Shown: positions 38,651-48,700 of the stretch, piece by piece
How the letters are laid out: every line of letters starts with the position of its first letter
Numbering within the stretch: the stretch's first letter is position 1
Origin: Geopsychrobacteraceae bacterium
GTDB taxonomy: Bacteria; Desulfobacterota; Desulfuromonadia; Desulfuromonadales; Geopsychrobacteraceae
Assembly: GCA_963676795.2 (NCBI GenBank)
Contig: CAXXTB010000002.1
Span: 416,001 to 480,000 of the forward strand
Direction of reading: 5' to 3'
Length of the DNA stretch: 64,000 bases
Translations under genes and position numbers: made by a program
The notes under the pieces: model-generated
Database searches by the model: none
Seen by the model: the letters and a program-made list of their open reading frames with translations, nothing else
Told to the model about the DNA's origin: nothing

Positions 38651-39519
38651 AAACCTTCTCGTTACGTAGAAAGTCGCGAACCACGGGACATTTTTTTCCG
38701 GCCTGGCCGGGATTCCGGCTGAAGGCGGGAGCAGTTCTGCTGTTTCTGGTTGGACTGCTGGTCGGGCTGGTGGTGACCTTTCCTTCGTCGATCATTGAGC
38801 GGCGTCTGGTCAGCCTGGTCGAGGCGGAAGGGCAGGTGCGCATTGAGCAAGGCGCCCTGCGGATCGGTTTTTTCAACATTTATGGCGACAACCTGGTTGT
38901 CCGCCCCAACAGTGCCGACTGGCTGACTGTCGAGGTCGACAGCCTGAAGGTGTCACCGGCATGGCTTTCGCTGTTTGTCCTCAACCCGACGGCAAAGATT
39001 GATATGCGTCTGTGGGGGGGATCGCTCAGGGCCGAGGTCGCAAGTGACGGGGCCATTACCGCGACAGCGACCAATCTCAAATTTTCACTGCCCCTGCAGC
39101 CAGGGAGCAGGTTGAGTTTTTCCGGGACTCTGGTCCGTGGGGAAATCGAAACGATCGTTCCTCTGCGGGAGGAGAGTGCCAGCAGACTCGATCTAACCCT
39201 GGAGAACGGCCAACTCGAGGGGCTGCTCAAAGATATCGCGCTGGGAACCGTCGTCTTGCAGTCGACCGGGCGCGGTGAAGCGTTCCGGGTGCCGACATTC
39301 GTCGCCAATGGCGGTGATTATGCCCTGACTGGTGGCGGTAATCTGCTGCTGAGGCAGGATCTGGCTGAGAGTCGCCTCAATCTGCGGGTCGAGATCCGCC
39401 CCCAGGCGAGTGCGGATCCAGCCATCACCGAATTGCTGGGGCTGGTTGCCAGAGAGCGAAACGACGGAACCTACCAGGTGAGAATCGGCGGCAGCCTCGC
39501 TCAGCCGACAGCGAAGTAG
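38647..39519 (+). CDS. gspN: T2SS protein GspN
   Basis: TM ending TFP, beta-rich body, C-terminal IGGSLAQP; last gene of the cluster. Confidence 0.75.
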   Translation: MKTFSLRRKSRTTGHFFPAWPGFRLKAGAVLLFLVGLLVGLVVTFPSSIIERRLVSLVEAEGQVRIEQGALRIGFFNIYGDNLVVRPNSADWLTVEVDSLKVSPAWLSLFVLNPTAKIDMRLWGGSLRAEVASDGAITATATNLKFSLPLQPGSRLSFSGTLVRGEIETIVPLREESASRLDLTLENGQLEGLLKDIALGTVVLQSTGRGEAFRVPTFVANGGDYALTGGGNLLLRQDLAESRLNLRVEIRPQASADPAITELLGLVARERNDGTYQVRIGGSLAQPTAK

Positions 39520-39558
39520 GATCTCCATTTGATAAAATGGACTGGATTTATGATGCCA

Positions 39559-40272
39559 TCACTTTTTGTCATTGATGTATCGATAGCCGAGTCCGCGTAC
39601 GGTGCGGAACAGTTTCGGCTTTGATGGATCCTTCTCGAAGTATTTGCGCAGCCGGACGATAAAATTATCGAGTGTCCGTGTTTCCGTTTTTGGCGACATC
39701 CCCCAGGCCTGCTCGAGAAGTTCGCCGCGAGAGAGAACCGCCCCTTCCCGTTCGATAAAAAGCTTGAGGACCTTGACCTCCAGTTCGGTCAGTTCGATGG
39801 TACCGTGCAGGGTTTCAGCCTGACGGGTTTCGAGATCGATGCTGTTTTCACCAAGCCTGATAACCTTGTGCTGGTTTCCGTCCTGGGGCCAGTTGCTTCT
39901 GCGTAGCAGGGCCGCAACCCTGAGAAGAAATTCCTTGAGGTTGAACGGTTTGACCAGGTAGTCGTCTGCACCGCTGCTCAGGCCGGAAATCCTGTCTTCA
40001 GCAGCCCCCCTGGCCGTCAGCATCAGGATCGGAATCTGATTGTTCTGCTGGCGCAGCTCTCTGCAGACCTCAAGGCCGCTGATCCCAGGCAGCATCAGGT
40101 CGAGAACCATGAGAACGTAGTTTTTGTTGGAAATGGCCTGCAGGGCTTCTTCGCCACGGGCAACATGATCGACCTGATAGCCTTCGGCCTTGAGGTTGTA
40201 GATCAGTCCCTGGGCCAGACTGGGTTCGTCTTCAACCAGGAGAATGGGGATCTTTGTGTTTGATTCGGTCAT
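39559..40272 (-). CDS. OmpR-family response regulator
   Basis: LLVEDE, LDLMLP, GADDYLVKPF, winged helix TVRGLGY. Confidence 0.95.
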   Translation of the reverse strand: MTESNTKIPILLVEDEPSLAQGLIYNLKAEGYQVDHVARGEEALQAISNKNYVLMVLDLMLPGISGLEVCRELRQQNNQIPILMLTARGAAEDRISGLSSGADDYLVKPFNLKEFLLRVAALLRRSNWPQDGNQHKVIRLGENSIDLETRQAETLHGTIELTELEVKVLKLFIEREGAVLSRGELLEQAWGMSPKTETRTLDNFIVRLRKYFEKDPSKPKLFRTVRGLGYRYINDKK

Positions 40273-41213
40273 GATTTTTCTACCAGCGGGAAGGTCATGT
40301 GGACAGTTGTTCCCTGATGTCTTCCCGGACTTTCGAGCCAGATTTTTCCGCCGTGGAGGCGAACGAGATTGCGCACGATGAACAGACCGAGACCACTGCC
40401 CCGGATTGTTTTTCCTCCCTCACGAACGCGATAAAACATGTTGAATACCTTTTTCTGGTGGGGCTGGGGGATGCCGCTGCCCTGATCCTTGATGATCAGG
40501 TGAGCATCTCGTCCTTCCCGGAACAGCAGGATGTCGATCACCGGAGGCCCTTCCGAATAGAGGACGGCATTTTCCAGCAGGTTGCGCAGAACAATTTCGA
40601 GGGCATCCTGTTCAAAACGGGCGGAGATACCCTCTTCGATCTCCCAGGAGAGCGAGCCGTCTGTCGGGAAGGAGCGCTGTTCCTTGACCAGGTAGGTTGT
40701 GACAACCTGGGACAGATTGTCCGTTTTCAGGTTGAGCCTGGCCCCTTTGTGTTCAACCCGGCCGGCCGTCAGGAGGTTGTTGATCAGGCCGTCGAGTCTT
40801 TTACAGTCGTTTTCCATCAGACCGATAAACTGATTGAGCTGGGCCGGGTCCGGCTGACGCATCTGGATGGTTTCAAGGTGGAGCTGAAGGGACGCCACGG
40901 GAGATTTGAGCTCGTGGGTGACCTGGTTGATAAAGTGAACCTGCGCTTTGTTCAGGGCGGCCTGACGGCGCCAGTAGATGAAGATGACATAAACGCCGAT
41001 GAGAATCGCCACCAGCAGCAGGATCCCCTCGGTCAGAATCAGCCAGTCGGTCGACTTCGGCAGCCACTGGGTCTGGTAGCGGCTGGCCAGCTCTCGCAGC
41101 TGGCGATGGCGTCCCAGGAACCAGTAGATCCAGAAAATCAGGACCAGTATCCAGAGCACCTGGACCCCGATAAAGGTGAGTAGCGGATGGAATAGTCGGC
41201 GAATAATTTTCAT
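40269..41213 (-). CDS. Two-TM sensor histidine kinase
   Basis: THELKSP H-box, NLLENAVLYS, DQGSGI, GSGLGL. Confidence 0.93.
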   Translation of the reverse strand: MKIIRRLFHPLLTFIGVQVLWILVLIFWIYWFLGRHRQLRELASRYQTQWLPKSTDWLILTEGILLLVAILIGVYVIFIYWRRQAALNKAQVHFINQVTHELKSPVASLQLHLETIQMRQPDPAQLNQFIGLMENDCKRLDGLINNLLTAGRVEHKGARLNLKTDNLSQVVTTYLVKEQRSFPTDGSLSWEIEEGISARFEQDALEIVLRNLLENAVLYSEGPPVIDILLFREGRDAHLIIKDQGSGIPQPHQKKVFNMFYRVREGGKTIRGSGLGLFIVRNLVRLHGGKIWLESPGRHQGTTVHMTFPLVEKS

Positions 41214-41333
41214 GTTCAAGGTTATTACCACTGCACCGGCCAGCCGACAAGAGGGTTTTTACATAAGTATTACAATCGGGCGGGCGCAGTGCTGCTAGAA
41301 TTCTCCAAACTATTTATGGAGTAAGCTGGTTAT

Positions 41334-42413
41334 ATGTCTAAAGGTTTAAAAATTGGTCGTTATCAGGTTCCCTTTCCGGTCATTCAGGGCGGTATGGGAG
41401 TACGTATTTCTGCCCATCGTCTGGCGGGTCATGTCGCTTTGAACGGCGGTATCGGGATTGTTGCTTCGGCAGGTCTTGGCCTTGATCATGAGAGCTTCAC
41501 CGGTAAGAACTTTTTAAAAGCTGACAGTGTCGCCTTGAGAGATGAGCTGAAGAAGGCTTATGAAATTGCTCCGGACGGTGTTATCGGCGTCAACTGTATG
41601 GTTGCCGTCAACGATTATGAAGATCTGGTTCGGGCCTCCTGCGAGGGAGGGGCAAAGCTGATCATCAGCGGCGCGGGCTTGCCAATGAATCTTCCCGCTC
41701 TGACCGCAGACTATCCCGAGGTGGCGCTGGTGCCGATTGTCTCTTCCGTCAAGGCGGCTGAGCTGATTGCCCGCAAATGGCACAAGAACTACAAGCGCTT
41801 TCCTGATGCCGTTGTCGTCGAGGATCCCGATACGGCGGGGGGACACCTGGGCGAAAAGCTGGAGAATATCGGAACCGGCAACTACGATCAGTACGCGACG
41901 GTTCGGGGTGTCAAGGCCTATTTCAAGGAGAACTGGCAGCTGGATATTCCGGTCATCGCAGCGGGAGGTGTCTGGGATCATGCTGATCTGCAGTATGCCC
42001 TGGCGCACGGGGCTGATGCCGTCCAGATGGGAACCCGTTTCGTCGTGACCGAAGAATGTGACGCCGCCGATGCCTACAAGCAGGCCTATATTGCCAGCAA
42101 AAAGGAAGATATCGGTCTGCTGATGAGTCCGGCTGGTCTGCCGGGGCGGGCTTTGATCGGCAATGTTGAGGATGTCCGTCAATTTGACGTTGACAGGAAC
42201 CTTTTCTGCCCCTGTGCCTGTCTGAAGAAATGTACCTACAGGGAGAATCGTGAACGGTTCTGTATCGTCCACGCCCTGAATCGTGCCCACCAGGGGAATA
42301 CCCAGAGTGGTCTGATCTTCTGTGGAACCAATGCCTGGAAGGCGGAGCGGATTTCCACCGTGCGAGAGGTGTTTGAGGAGCTGTTCCCCCTTTCTGAACG
42401 GGAAGCTATTTAA
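41334..42413 (+). CDS. Nitronate monooxygenase/FabK-superfamily flavoprotein, FabX-like
   Basis: IQGGMGV, SGAGLP, AGGHLG, VQMGTRF, SPAGLPGRA, C-terminal Cys cluster. Confidence 0.85.
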   Translation: MSKGLKIGRYQVPFPVIQGGMGVRISAHRLAGHVALNGGIGIVASAGLGLDHESFTGKNFLKADSVALRDELKKAYEIAPDGVIGVNCMVAVNDYEDLVRASCEGGAKLIISGAGLPMNLPALTADYPEVALVPIVSSVKAAELIARKWHKNYKRFPDAVVVEDPDTAGGHLGEKLENIGTGNYDQYATVRGVKAYFKENWQLDIPVIAAGGVWDHADLQYALAHGADAVQMGTRFVVTEECDAADAYKQAYIASKKEDIGLLMSPAGLPGRALIGNVEDVRQFDVDRNLFCPCACLKKCTYRENRERFCIVHALNRAHQGNTQSGLIFCGTNAWKAERISTVREVFEELFPLSEREAI

Positions 42414-42422
42414 TCCTTATTG

Positions 42423-42450
42423 AAAAAGCCGGGCATGCCCGGCTTTTTTT
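42423..42450. terminator. Bidirectional rho-independent terminator
   Basis: aaaaagccgggc-at-gcccggcttttttt. Confidence 0.85.
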
Positions 42451-42474
42451 GTAACTATCGGTAAAAAACGGTCG

Positions 42475-43137
42475 TCACTGGCCAAACAGATTGGTCAGGT
42501 CGCTGACGAAGGTCTGGCGCAGGGCTTCGTCTTCGATGTCCCTGGCCAATATCGCAACCAGGCTGATGAGATCCCCATGCTGCGATTTTCCCAGGCTCAA
42601 CCATTCGTTGATCCCGTCTTCCAGGACGATTCCGGAGAATGGACCGATCCGTTTTGACAGAGCCGTTTTGATCAGGTTCATCTCGGCGGCCATTGGTCCG
42701 CTCATGACTTCCGCATAGCTGAGCTGCGTCGGTGCGGATGGCGCGGCCTGTTCCTGAGCTGTGTGCTGCGCTTCACTGATTTCAGGCCCTCGCCAGGTGC
42801 CGATCTCTTTTATCAGATCTTCACTGAGCATGTTGAGGGCCATGTTGATCATGCTCATATTGGCACTGGGCTGACAGAGGGTGAAGATGGCTGTCTGGGC
42901 ATCGAGTTGCCTGGCCAGCAGCAGGGACTCGTCATACTGGATTTCGAAGGATCCGACTTTCAGTTCAGTGACCATTTTCAGGCTGAAGATCTGGTGCAGA
43001 ATGTCGCCGACTTTTCGCTGGGTTTCAAACGTCAGTTTGAGTGGCAGATTGGAGGCCATGACGCCGTGCAGCGTCGAATAGATACAGCTTCCGAGAATTC
43101 CGGGTGATTCACTGATTTCATCCAGTAATTTGATCAT
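42475..43137 (-). CDS. Hypothetical protein with Roadblock/LC7-like N-terminal domain
   Basis: LDEISESPGILGSCIY..GVMASNLP pattern; RBS agagggg. Confidence 0.55.
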   Translation of the reverse strand: MIKLLDEISESPGILGSCIYSTLHGVMASNLPLKLTFETQRKVGDILHQIFSLKMVTELKVGSFEIQYDESLLLARQLDAQTAIFTLCQPSANMSMINMALNMLSEDLIKEIGTWRGPEISEAQHTAQEQAAPSAPTQLSYAEVMSGPMAAEMNLIKTALSKRIGPFSGIVLEDGINEWLSLGKSQHGDLISLVAILARDIEDEALRQTFVSDLTNLFGQ

Positions 43138-43504
43138 ATCCCCTCTTCTTTGGTGCAACGTAAGAACGTGGCAGTTAGTTGCAGCTGTTCTTTTGCAGGA
43201 CGATTCCGAAATGCCGCGGATATCGCAGATGTGCCCGAGAATTGAGCTGATTGCAAATTTTTCTTGTCTGGTGGAATGGTGCGGCAATCGCATTAAGATA
43301 TATTAGATTTTTATAAATTTCGGGAAGTTTTGTCAAGGTAGAAAGCTTAAACGATATTAAAGTTCTGACGGACGACGTGTTTCCTGAAACAGCTTGCTTG
43401 TTGGTGCGGCAGAGTTCAGGTATTGATGACCGCTTTGATTGAGTTGTCTGCTAAGCTGTAGTATCTTCTAACCTTCAACTCATCTTCCTACCTTCGGAGT
43501 CGCT

Positions 43505-44614
43505 ATGAGTGTCAGACAAGAAGAGTTCATCCCGAAATGGATCGCTTGGGAAACAACCCAACGCTGCAACCTGAATTGTGTGCACTGTCGTTGCTCGTCC
43601 GATATGTCAGCGGCTGCCGGCGATTTCAATACGCCGGAAGCTTTCAGGCTGATCGATGACATCTGTGAGGTCAGCAAGCCGGTCATGGTTCTCTCCGGTG
43701 GTGAACCTCTGTTACGTCCCGATATCTTTGAGATTGCCGAATATGGGACGGCAAAGGGGTTGCGCATGTGTATGGCAACCAACGGGACCCTGATTACCGA
43801 TGCCGTCTGTGCGAAGATGAAGGCTGCCGAGATCCGTATGGTTTCGCTCTCCCTGGATGGTTCGACGGCGGAGATCCACGATGATTTCCGCAACAGCCCC
43901 GGGGCTTATGAGGGAGTGGTTCGTGGGGCACAGACGCTGAAAAGAAACGGCATTCCCTTTTTGATCAACTCGTCGTTTACCCGGCGCAACCAGGGCGACA
44001 TCGCTGCTACGTTCAAAGTGGCCAAGGGGTTGGGAGCTACAGCCTGGTACATGTTCATGATTGTTCCGACCGGGCGCGGTGAAGAGATCATGGATGAGCT
44101 GATTTCGGCCGAGGATTACGAAGAGATCCTGGCCTGGCACTATCAACAGGAAAAAAATGAAGATGATATCCTGATGCGGCCGACCTGCGCGCCCCATTAC
44201 TATCGAATCGTTCCGCAGATGGCCAAGGCGGAAGGGGTCGATTTCAAGCGCCGCAGCCTGACCTTTTCAACCGGCGGCGGGAAGGGCTGTATCGCGGCTC
44301 AGAGCATCTGTCTGATCGATTGTTTCGGGAATCTGAAGCCCTGCTCCTATTTCCACTCCTCAGTCGGCAATGTCAAGCAGGTACCGTTCAAGGAGCTCTG
44401 GTTCAATTCAAAAGTATTTAACGAGCTGCGCGATTTCTCCCGCTACAAAGGGAAGTGCGGTGAATGTGAGTTTATCAATATCTGCGGCGGTTGCCGGGCG
44501 AGGGCTGACGCCGTCTATGGCGATTATCTGGCGGAAGAGCCGTTCTGCAGCTATATTCCGCAACGCACCCGCAAGCGAATGCAGCGGGAAGCGGAGCAGA
44601 ATCGCCAAAATTGA
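43505..44614 (+). CDS. ahbD: Radical SAM/SPASM protein, AhbD (haem b synthase)-like
   Basis: [52 protein letters not shown]...EPFC; directly upstream of hemE-hemH. Confidence 0.7.
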   Translation: MSVRQEEFIPKWIAWETTQRCNLNCVHCRCSSDMSAAAGDFNTPEAFRLIDDICEVSKPVMVLSGGEPLLRPDIFEIAEYGTAKGLRMCMATNGTLITDAVCAKMKAAEIRMVSLSLDGSTAEIHDDFRNSPGAYEGVVRGAQTLKRNGIPFLINSSFTRRNQGDIAATFKVAKGLGATAWYMFMIVPTGRGEEIMDELISAEDYEEILAWHYQQEKNEDDILMRPTCAPHYYRIVPQMAKAEGVDFKRRSLTFSTGGGKGCIAAQSICLIDCFGNLKPCSYFHSSVGNVKQVPFKELWFNSKVFNELRDFSRYKGKCGECEFINICGGCRARADAVYGDYLAEEPFCSYIPQRTRKRMQREAEQNRQN

Positions 44615-44656
44615 TGACCGGGTTTAGAATGCTATTTACGATGTGTGGGAGGTTTC

Positions 44657-45694
44657 ATGAGCGTAAGCTACAATTTTCTTAAGGCCTGCTGGTGTCAGCC
44701 GGTTGACCGGGTTCCTGTCTGGCTGATGCGACAGGCCGGGCGTTATCTTCCGGAGTACCGCGCTGTCAGGGCGGAGGGGAAGGGAACCTTCCTCGACCTG
44801 TGCAAGGATTCGCAGCGGGCGGCTGAGGTCACGATCCAGCCGATCGATATTCTTGGCGCGGACGCCGCCATCCTCTTTTCAGATATCCTGACACCGGTTG
44901 AGCCGATGGGGATGAAGCTGGATTTTGTTCCCGGGCCGGTTTTTGAGAATCCTCTTCGCTGTGCTGCCGATGTCGACGCGCTGGTGGTCCCTGAGGACAT
45001 GGCTGCTGCTGTTCCTTATGTTCCTGCTATCATCTCTCGCTTAAGGACCGCTCTGGACGGTCGCGTTCCGCTGATCGGTTTTGGCGGGGCCCCCTTTACC
45101 CTGGCCTGTTATATGGTTGAAGGGCAGGGTAGCAAGGATTTTGCCCGCCTCAAGCAGATGATGTACGCGGATTTTCCGCTTTATGACGCTCTGATGAAGA
45201 AGGTGACCGAGATGGATCGGCGCTATCTCAATATGCAGATAGCGGCAGGGGCGCAGGCGATCCAGATCTTTGATACCTGGGGCGGCCTGCTGGCCCCGCA
45301 TGATTACGAACGCTACATCCTGCCCTATGTGCAGGAGCTGATCAACGGTCTGGATCGCGCCGGTATCCCGATCATCTATTTTGTCAGGAACGGCGGGACC
45401 ATGTTGCCGCTGGTCAAGGCTGCGGGGAGCGATGTCATTGGTCTCGACTGGCATGTCAACCTTGGACAGGCGCGTGCCCTGCTCGGAGATGATGTCGCGG
45501 TGCAGGGCAACCTTGACCCGACGGTGCTCTTTGCGCCGCATGCCTATATCGAAAAAGAGGTTCGACGTATCCTCGCTGAGAATGGAGATCGCCCTGGTTT
45601 CATCTTCAACCTTGGGCATGGTATCCTGCCCACGGTACCGCCGGAAAATGCCATTTTTATGGTTGACTGTGTACATCGTTTGAGTCAGAAATAG
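44657..45694 (+). CDS. hemE: Uroporphyrinogen decarboxylase
   Basis: PVWLMRQAGRYLPEYR, AAILFSDIL, FNLGHGI. Confidence 0.96.
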   Translation: MSVSYNFLKACWCQPVDRVPVWLMRQAGRYLPEYRAVRAEGKGTFLDLCKDSQRAAEVTIQPIDILGADAAILFSDILTPVEPMGMKLDFVPGPVFENPLRCAADVDALVVPEDMAAAVPYVPAIISRLRTALDGRVPLIGFGGAPFTLACYMVEGQGSKDFARLKQMMYADFPLYDALMKKVTEMDRRYLNMQIAAGAQAIQIFDTWGGLLAPHDYERYILPYVQELINGLDRAGIPIIYFVRNGGTMLPLVKAAGSDVIGLDWHVNLGQARALLGDDVAVQGNLDPTVLFAPHAYIEKEVRRILAENGDRPGFIFNLGHGILPTVPPENAIFMVDCVHRLSQK

Positions 45695-45755
45695 GGAAAT
45701 TAAAGGGGGGGGCAGATTCTGTCTCCCCCTGATTTGTATTCGAAGGTGGTAAATC

Positions 45756-46727
45756 ATGCCTGAACAACGACCAACGGCGCTTATTCTGCTGAATATGGGC
45801 GGCCCAGATTCTCTTGAGTCGGTCAAACCATTTCTCTATAACCTGTTCTGTGACCGGGAATTGATTCAGCTGCCGGCCGGCGGCCTGCTGCAGAAGCCGT
45901 TTGCCCGCCTGATCGCGCATTTCCGTTCGCGCCGGGTCGTGGAAAATTACCGCATGATCGGCGGCAGGTCGCCACTGCTCGACTGGACTCAAAGACAGGC
46001 TGAAGGGATCGCCGGACGTCTTGGGGCGCATGTCAGACCCTATGTGATCATGCGTTACTGGCATCCGCGTGCTGAAGATGTGCTGCGCCAGATCCGAAAT
46101 GACGGGCTCGAAACGGCTGTCGTGCTGTCGATGTATCCCCATTATACCGGGGCAACGACCGGGAGCAGTGTCAACGATTTCAAACGGACTGTAGCCAGGG
46201 TCTACCCTGAGCTCGAATACCAGTTGATTGAAGAATGGTACAACTGGCCCGGTTATATCAGGGCCCTGGCCAACCGGGTCAACGAAGGGCTGGATTCTTT
46301 CCATGACCTGATGCGCGACGAGGTGCAGATCCTTTTTTCCGCTCATGCCCTGCCGCAGAAGTTTATCGACCGGGGCGATCCCTACCGGGAGCAGGTCGAA
46401 CGGACCGCCGTTGAAGTTATGCAGCTGGTTGGCTCCTACGACTGGAGTATCGCTTATCAGAGTCGCAGCGGGCCGGTCAAATGGATGGAGCCGGGGACCG
46501 AAGAGGTGATTCGGGAGATCGGAGCTGCCGGCCACCGCTCGTTGCTGATGGTGCCGGTTTCCTTTGTCTCCGACCATATCGAAACCCTTGAAGAGATCGA
46601 CATTGAGTACCGGGATCTGGCAACCGAAAAGGGGATCGTCCACTTCTGCCGTACCCCTTCGTTGAACGATCATGACGATTTTCTTGGGGCCATGGCGGAT
46701 CTAGTCAGAGAAAAGGTGTCGCTGTAA
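45756..46727 (+). CDS. hemH: Ferrochelatase
   Basis: LLNMGGP, MRYWHP, FSAHALP, GDPY, YQSRSGP..W, SFVSDHIETLEEID. Confidence 0.96.
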   Translation: MPEQRPTALILLNMGGPDSLESVKPFLYNLFCDRELIQLPAGGLLQKPFARLIAHFRSRRVVENYRMIGGRSPLLDWTQRQAEGIAGRLGAHVRPYVIMRYWHPRAEDVLRQIRNDGLETAVVLSMYPHYTGATTGSSVNDFKRTVARVYPELEYQLIEEWYNWPGYIRALANRVNEGLDSFHDLMRDEVQILFSAHALPQKFIDRGDPYREQVERTAVEVMQLVGSYDWSIAYQSRSGPVKWMEPGTEEVIREIGAAGHRSLLMVPVSFVSDHIETLEEIDIEYRDLATEKGIVHFCRTPSLNDHDDFLGAMADLVREKVSL

Positions 46728-46872
46728 GTTTTCAATCCGCCGTCGTTCTTACTGTTTTCGTCCTGTTCGGACGATTATATTGGCCTAATTCAAGCTTGAC
46801 AAATTCTCATAATTATAGCATTCAGAAAGAATTGTGAGTTTTTCTCTAACCGGTTAAGGGCAGCGCAGTTTC

Positions 46873-48207
46873 ATGAACGCCAGATGGATATCTCCCGACC
46901 AAAAACGCAGACAGCGGCGTAATCGACGCCTGTTGTTTATTGGTGTTGTGGCCTGTCTGGTGATCGTCAGCGCGGCCTTTTTTGTTGTCCGTCACGATGA
47001 GACAGCCGAGCCCCTGCTTGCCGAAGCTGAAACTGTTGCCGTGCTCAGTACGCAACCGCCTGTGGCTGAAGTAGAGCCAGCGCCGGTTGTCCCGGACAAT
47101 ATCGTAACCCGTGACATTCAGCCCGGCGATAACCTCAGCGCCATTTTTGACAGTATTCCGGTCGCCCAGCCGATTCTCCATCAGGTTCTTGCCGCGGATG
47201 AATCGCTTCTCGCACTCGATGTTCTGCATCCTGGAAATCGTCTGACCTTCACTCTCGACGAAACGACCCGTGAACTTGTGGCGATGGAACTGTTCATCCA
47301 TCCGGGCAAGCAGGTCGTCTACCGCAAAGTCGATGACAAGACCTTTGAATACGAAGAGATTGTCAATCCGGGAATCTGGGATCGGCAGCTGATCATTGGT
47401 GAAATCAACGGCAGCTTTTATCTGTCGGCGATGAAGTCAGGCCTGAGCGAACAGGAAACGGCCAATGTCGCCGATCTGTTTCGCAGCAAGGTCGACTTTG
47501 CCCGTGACATGCGTGCCGGCGATCTTTTCCAGGTAGTTCGCAAACAGCAGTTTGTCGATGGTCAGTTTACCGGGCAGAGCCTGATTGAAGGGGTGCGAAT
47601 TTACAATCAGGATCAGGTCTATACGGGATTTCTGTTTGAAGATGGCAACTATTACGATTTAAAAGGTGAAAGCCTTGCCAGTGCTTTCAGGCGCTACCCC
47701 TTCTCTGGCAACTACCGGATTACTTCGTCCTTCAATCCGCGCCGGAAGCATCCGATCACCGGCCGGATCACACCGCATAACGGGGTCGATTTCGGCATGT
47801 CAACCGGAACCCCGGTTCTGGCTACCGGTGACGGCGTCGTGACCCGGGTGGTCAACCATCCCTACGCCGGCAAGTATATCGAGATTCAGCACAGCGGGCA
47901 GTATGTGACCCGTTATCTTCACCTGAGCCGCAGCCTGGTTCACCGCGGGCAGAAGGTCAAGCGTGGCCAGCAGATTGCCAAGTCCGGCAATACCGGACGA
48001 TCCACCGGACCTCACCTGCATTTCGAACTGCGCGTCAGTGGTCGCCCTGTCAATCCGATCAAGGCCAAGATCCCCATGGCTGCCGCTATTCCCAAGGCAA
48101 AACGCCAGATCTTCGATGAACAGGTCGCGACCGTTCTCGGGCTAATGGAGACCACAGAAGTCCATCAGATCGCCAAATCCGAAGTGGCAACCGATTCAAC
48201 TCTCTAA
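46873..48207 (+). CDS. M23 murein DD-endopeptidase (MepM-like)
   Basis: N-terminal TM helix, HNGVD, YLHL, STGPHLHFE. Confidence 0.9.
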   Translation: MNARWISPDQKRRQRRNRRLLFIGVVACLVIVSAAFFVVRHDETAEPLLAEAETVAVLSTQPPVAEVEPAPVVPDNIVTRDIQPGDNLSAIFDSIPVAQPILHQVLAADESLLALDVLHPGNRLTFTLDETTRELVAMELFIHPGKQVVYRKVDDKTFEYEEIVNPGIWDRQLIIGEINGSFYLSAMKSGLSEQETANVADLFRSKVDFARDMRAGDLFQVVRKQQFVDGQFTGQSLIEGVRIYNQDQVYTGFLFEDGNYYDLKGESLASAFRRYPFSGNYRITSSFNPRRKHPITGRITPHNGVDFGMSTGTPVLATGDGVVTRVVNHPYAGKYIEIQHSGQYVTRYLHLSRSLVHRGQKVKRGQQIAKSGNTGRSTGPHLHFELRVSGRPVNPIKAKIPMAAAIPKAKRQIFDEQVATVLGLMETTEVHQIAKSEVATDSTL

Positions 48208-48222
48208 TAAATGCCTTTCATC

Positions 48223-48247
48223 AAAACTCCGCATCGCGGAGTTTTTT
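48223..48247 (+). terminator. Rho-independent terminator
   Basis: aaaactccgc-atc-gcggagtttttt after the M23 gene. Confidence 0.8.
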
Positions 48248-48250
48248 CGC

Positions 48251-48616
48251 TTCTGCCCATTAGATGGGCAAAGCCCATCGTTGGGCGTGTTGTCAGCTGC
48301 TGGTGGGATACAACGCAGAGTCGCAGGATCACTTCCCCCCTGTGTCAGGATAGATGTCGCCTCTCTTTGATATTCTAAAAACATCAAAACTAGAACCGGC
48401 GGGTCCCGGCCCGCCAGCCGGGTTCATTTTCTTTGTGGCGACAAAGAAAACGGAACCAAAAGAAAACGCCTGAAAATCCCTGACGAAAATCCATCCAGAT
48501 GTTCTTCGTAGCTTTCGGGCTGCTATTCTCTACACGCTCAGACGAGTCGCTTTGCGCCTCGAATTCGCGCAATCGCAAAGCCGGTTCCCGGCTTGATATG
48601 CAAGGAACAGGCAGAA
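48251..48616. repeat. Second copy of the two-armed MITE/REPIN-like element, intron-free
   Basis: Left end ttctgcccattaga..aagcccatcgttgggcg..tgtcag..gctggtg matches the reverse complement of about 6101-6191; right end ggcagaa; right arm has the ttttctttg/caaagaaaa and ggcggg/cccgcc hairpins. Confidence 0.75.
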
Positions 48617-48700
48617 TCACATTTTGATTGATGCGGAATTTGACTTTGTCAGGGAAACTGCCCGTCTTGCACGGGCCGTTTCCCTGAGAGGATGAAGAGG

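Noticed and set aside
46873..48207. Possible horizontal origin of the MepM-like gene inserted among haem genes
   Set aside because: Only an impression of gammaproteobacterial similarity; no compositional or flanking evidence, needs phylogeny
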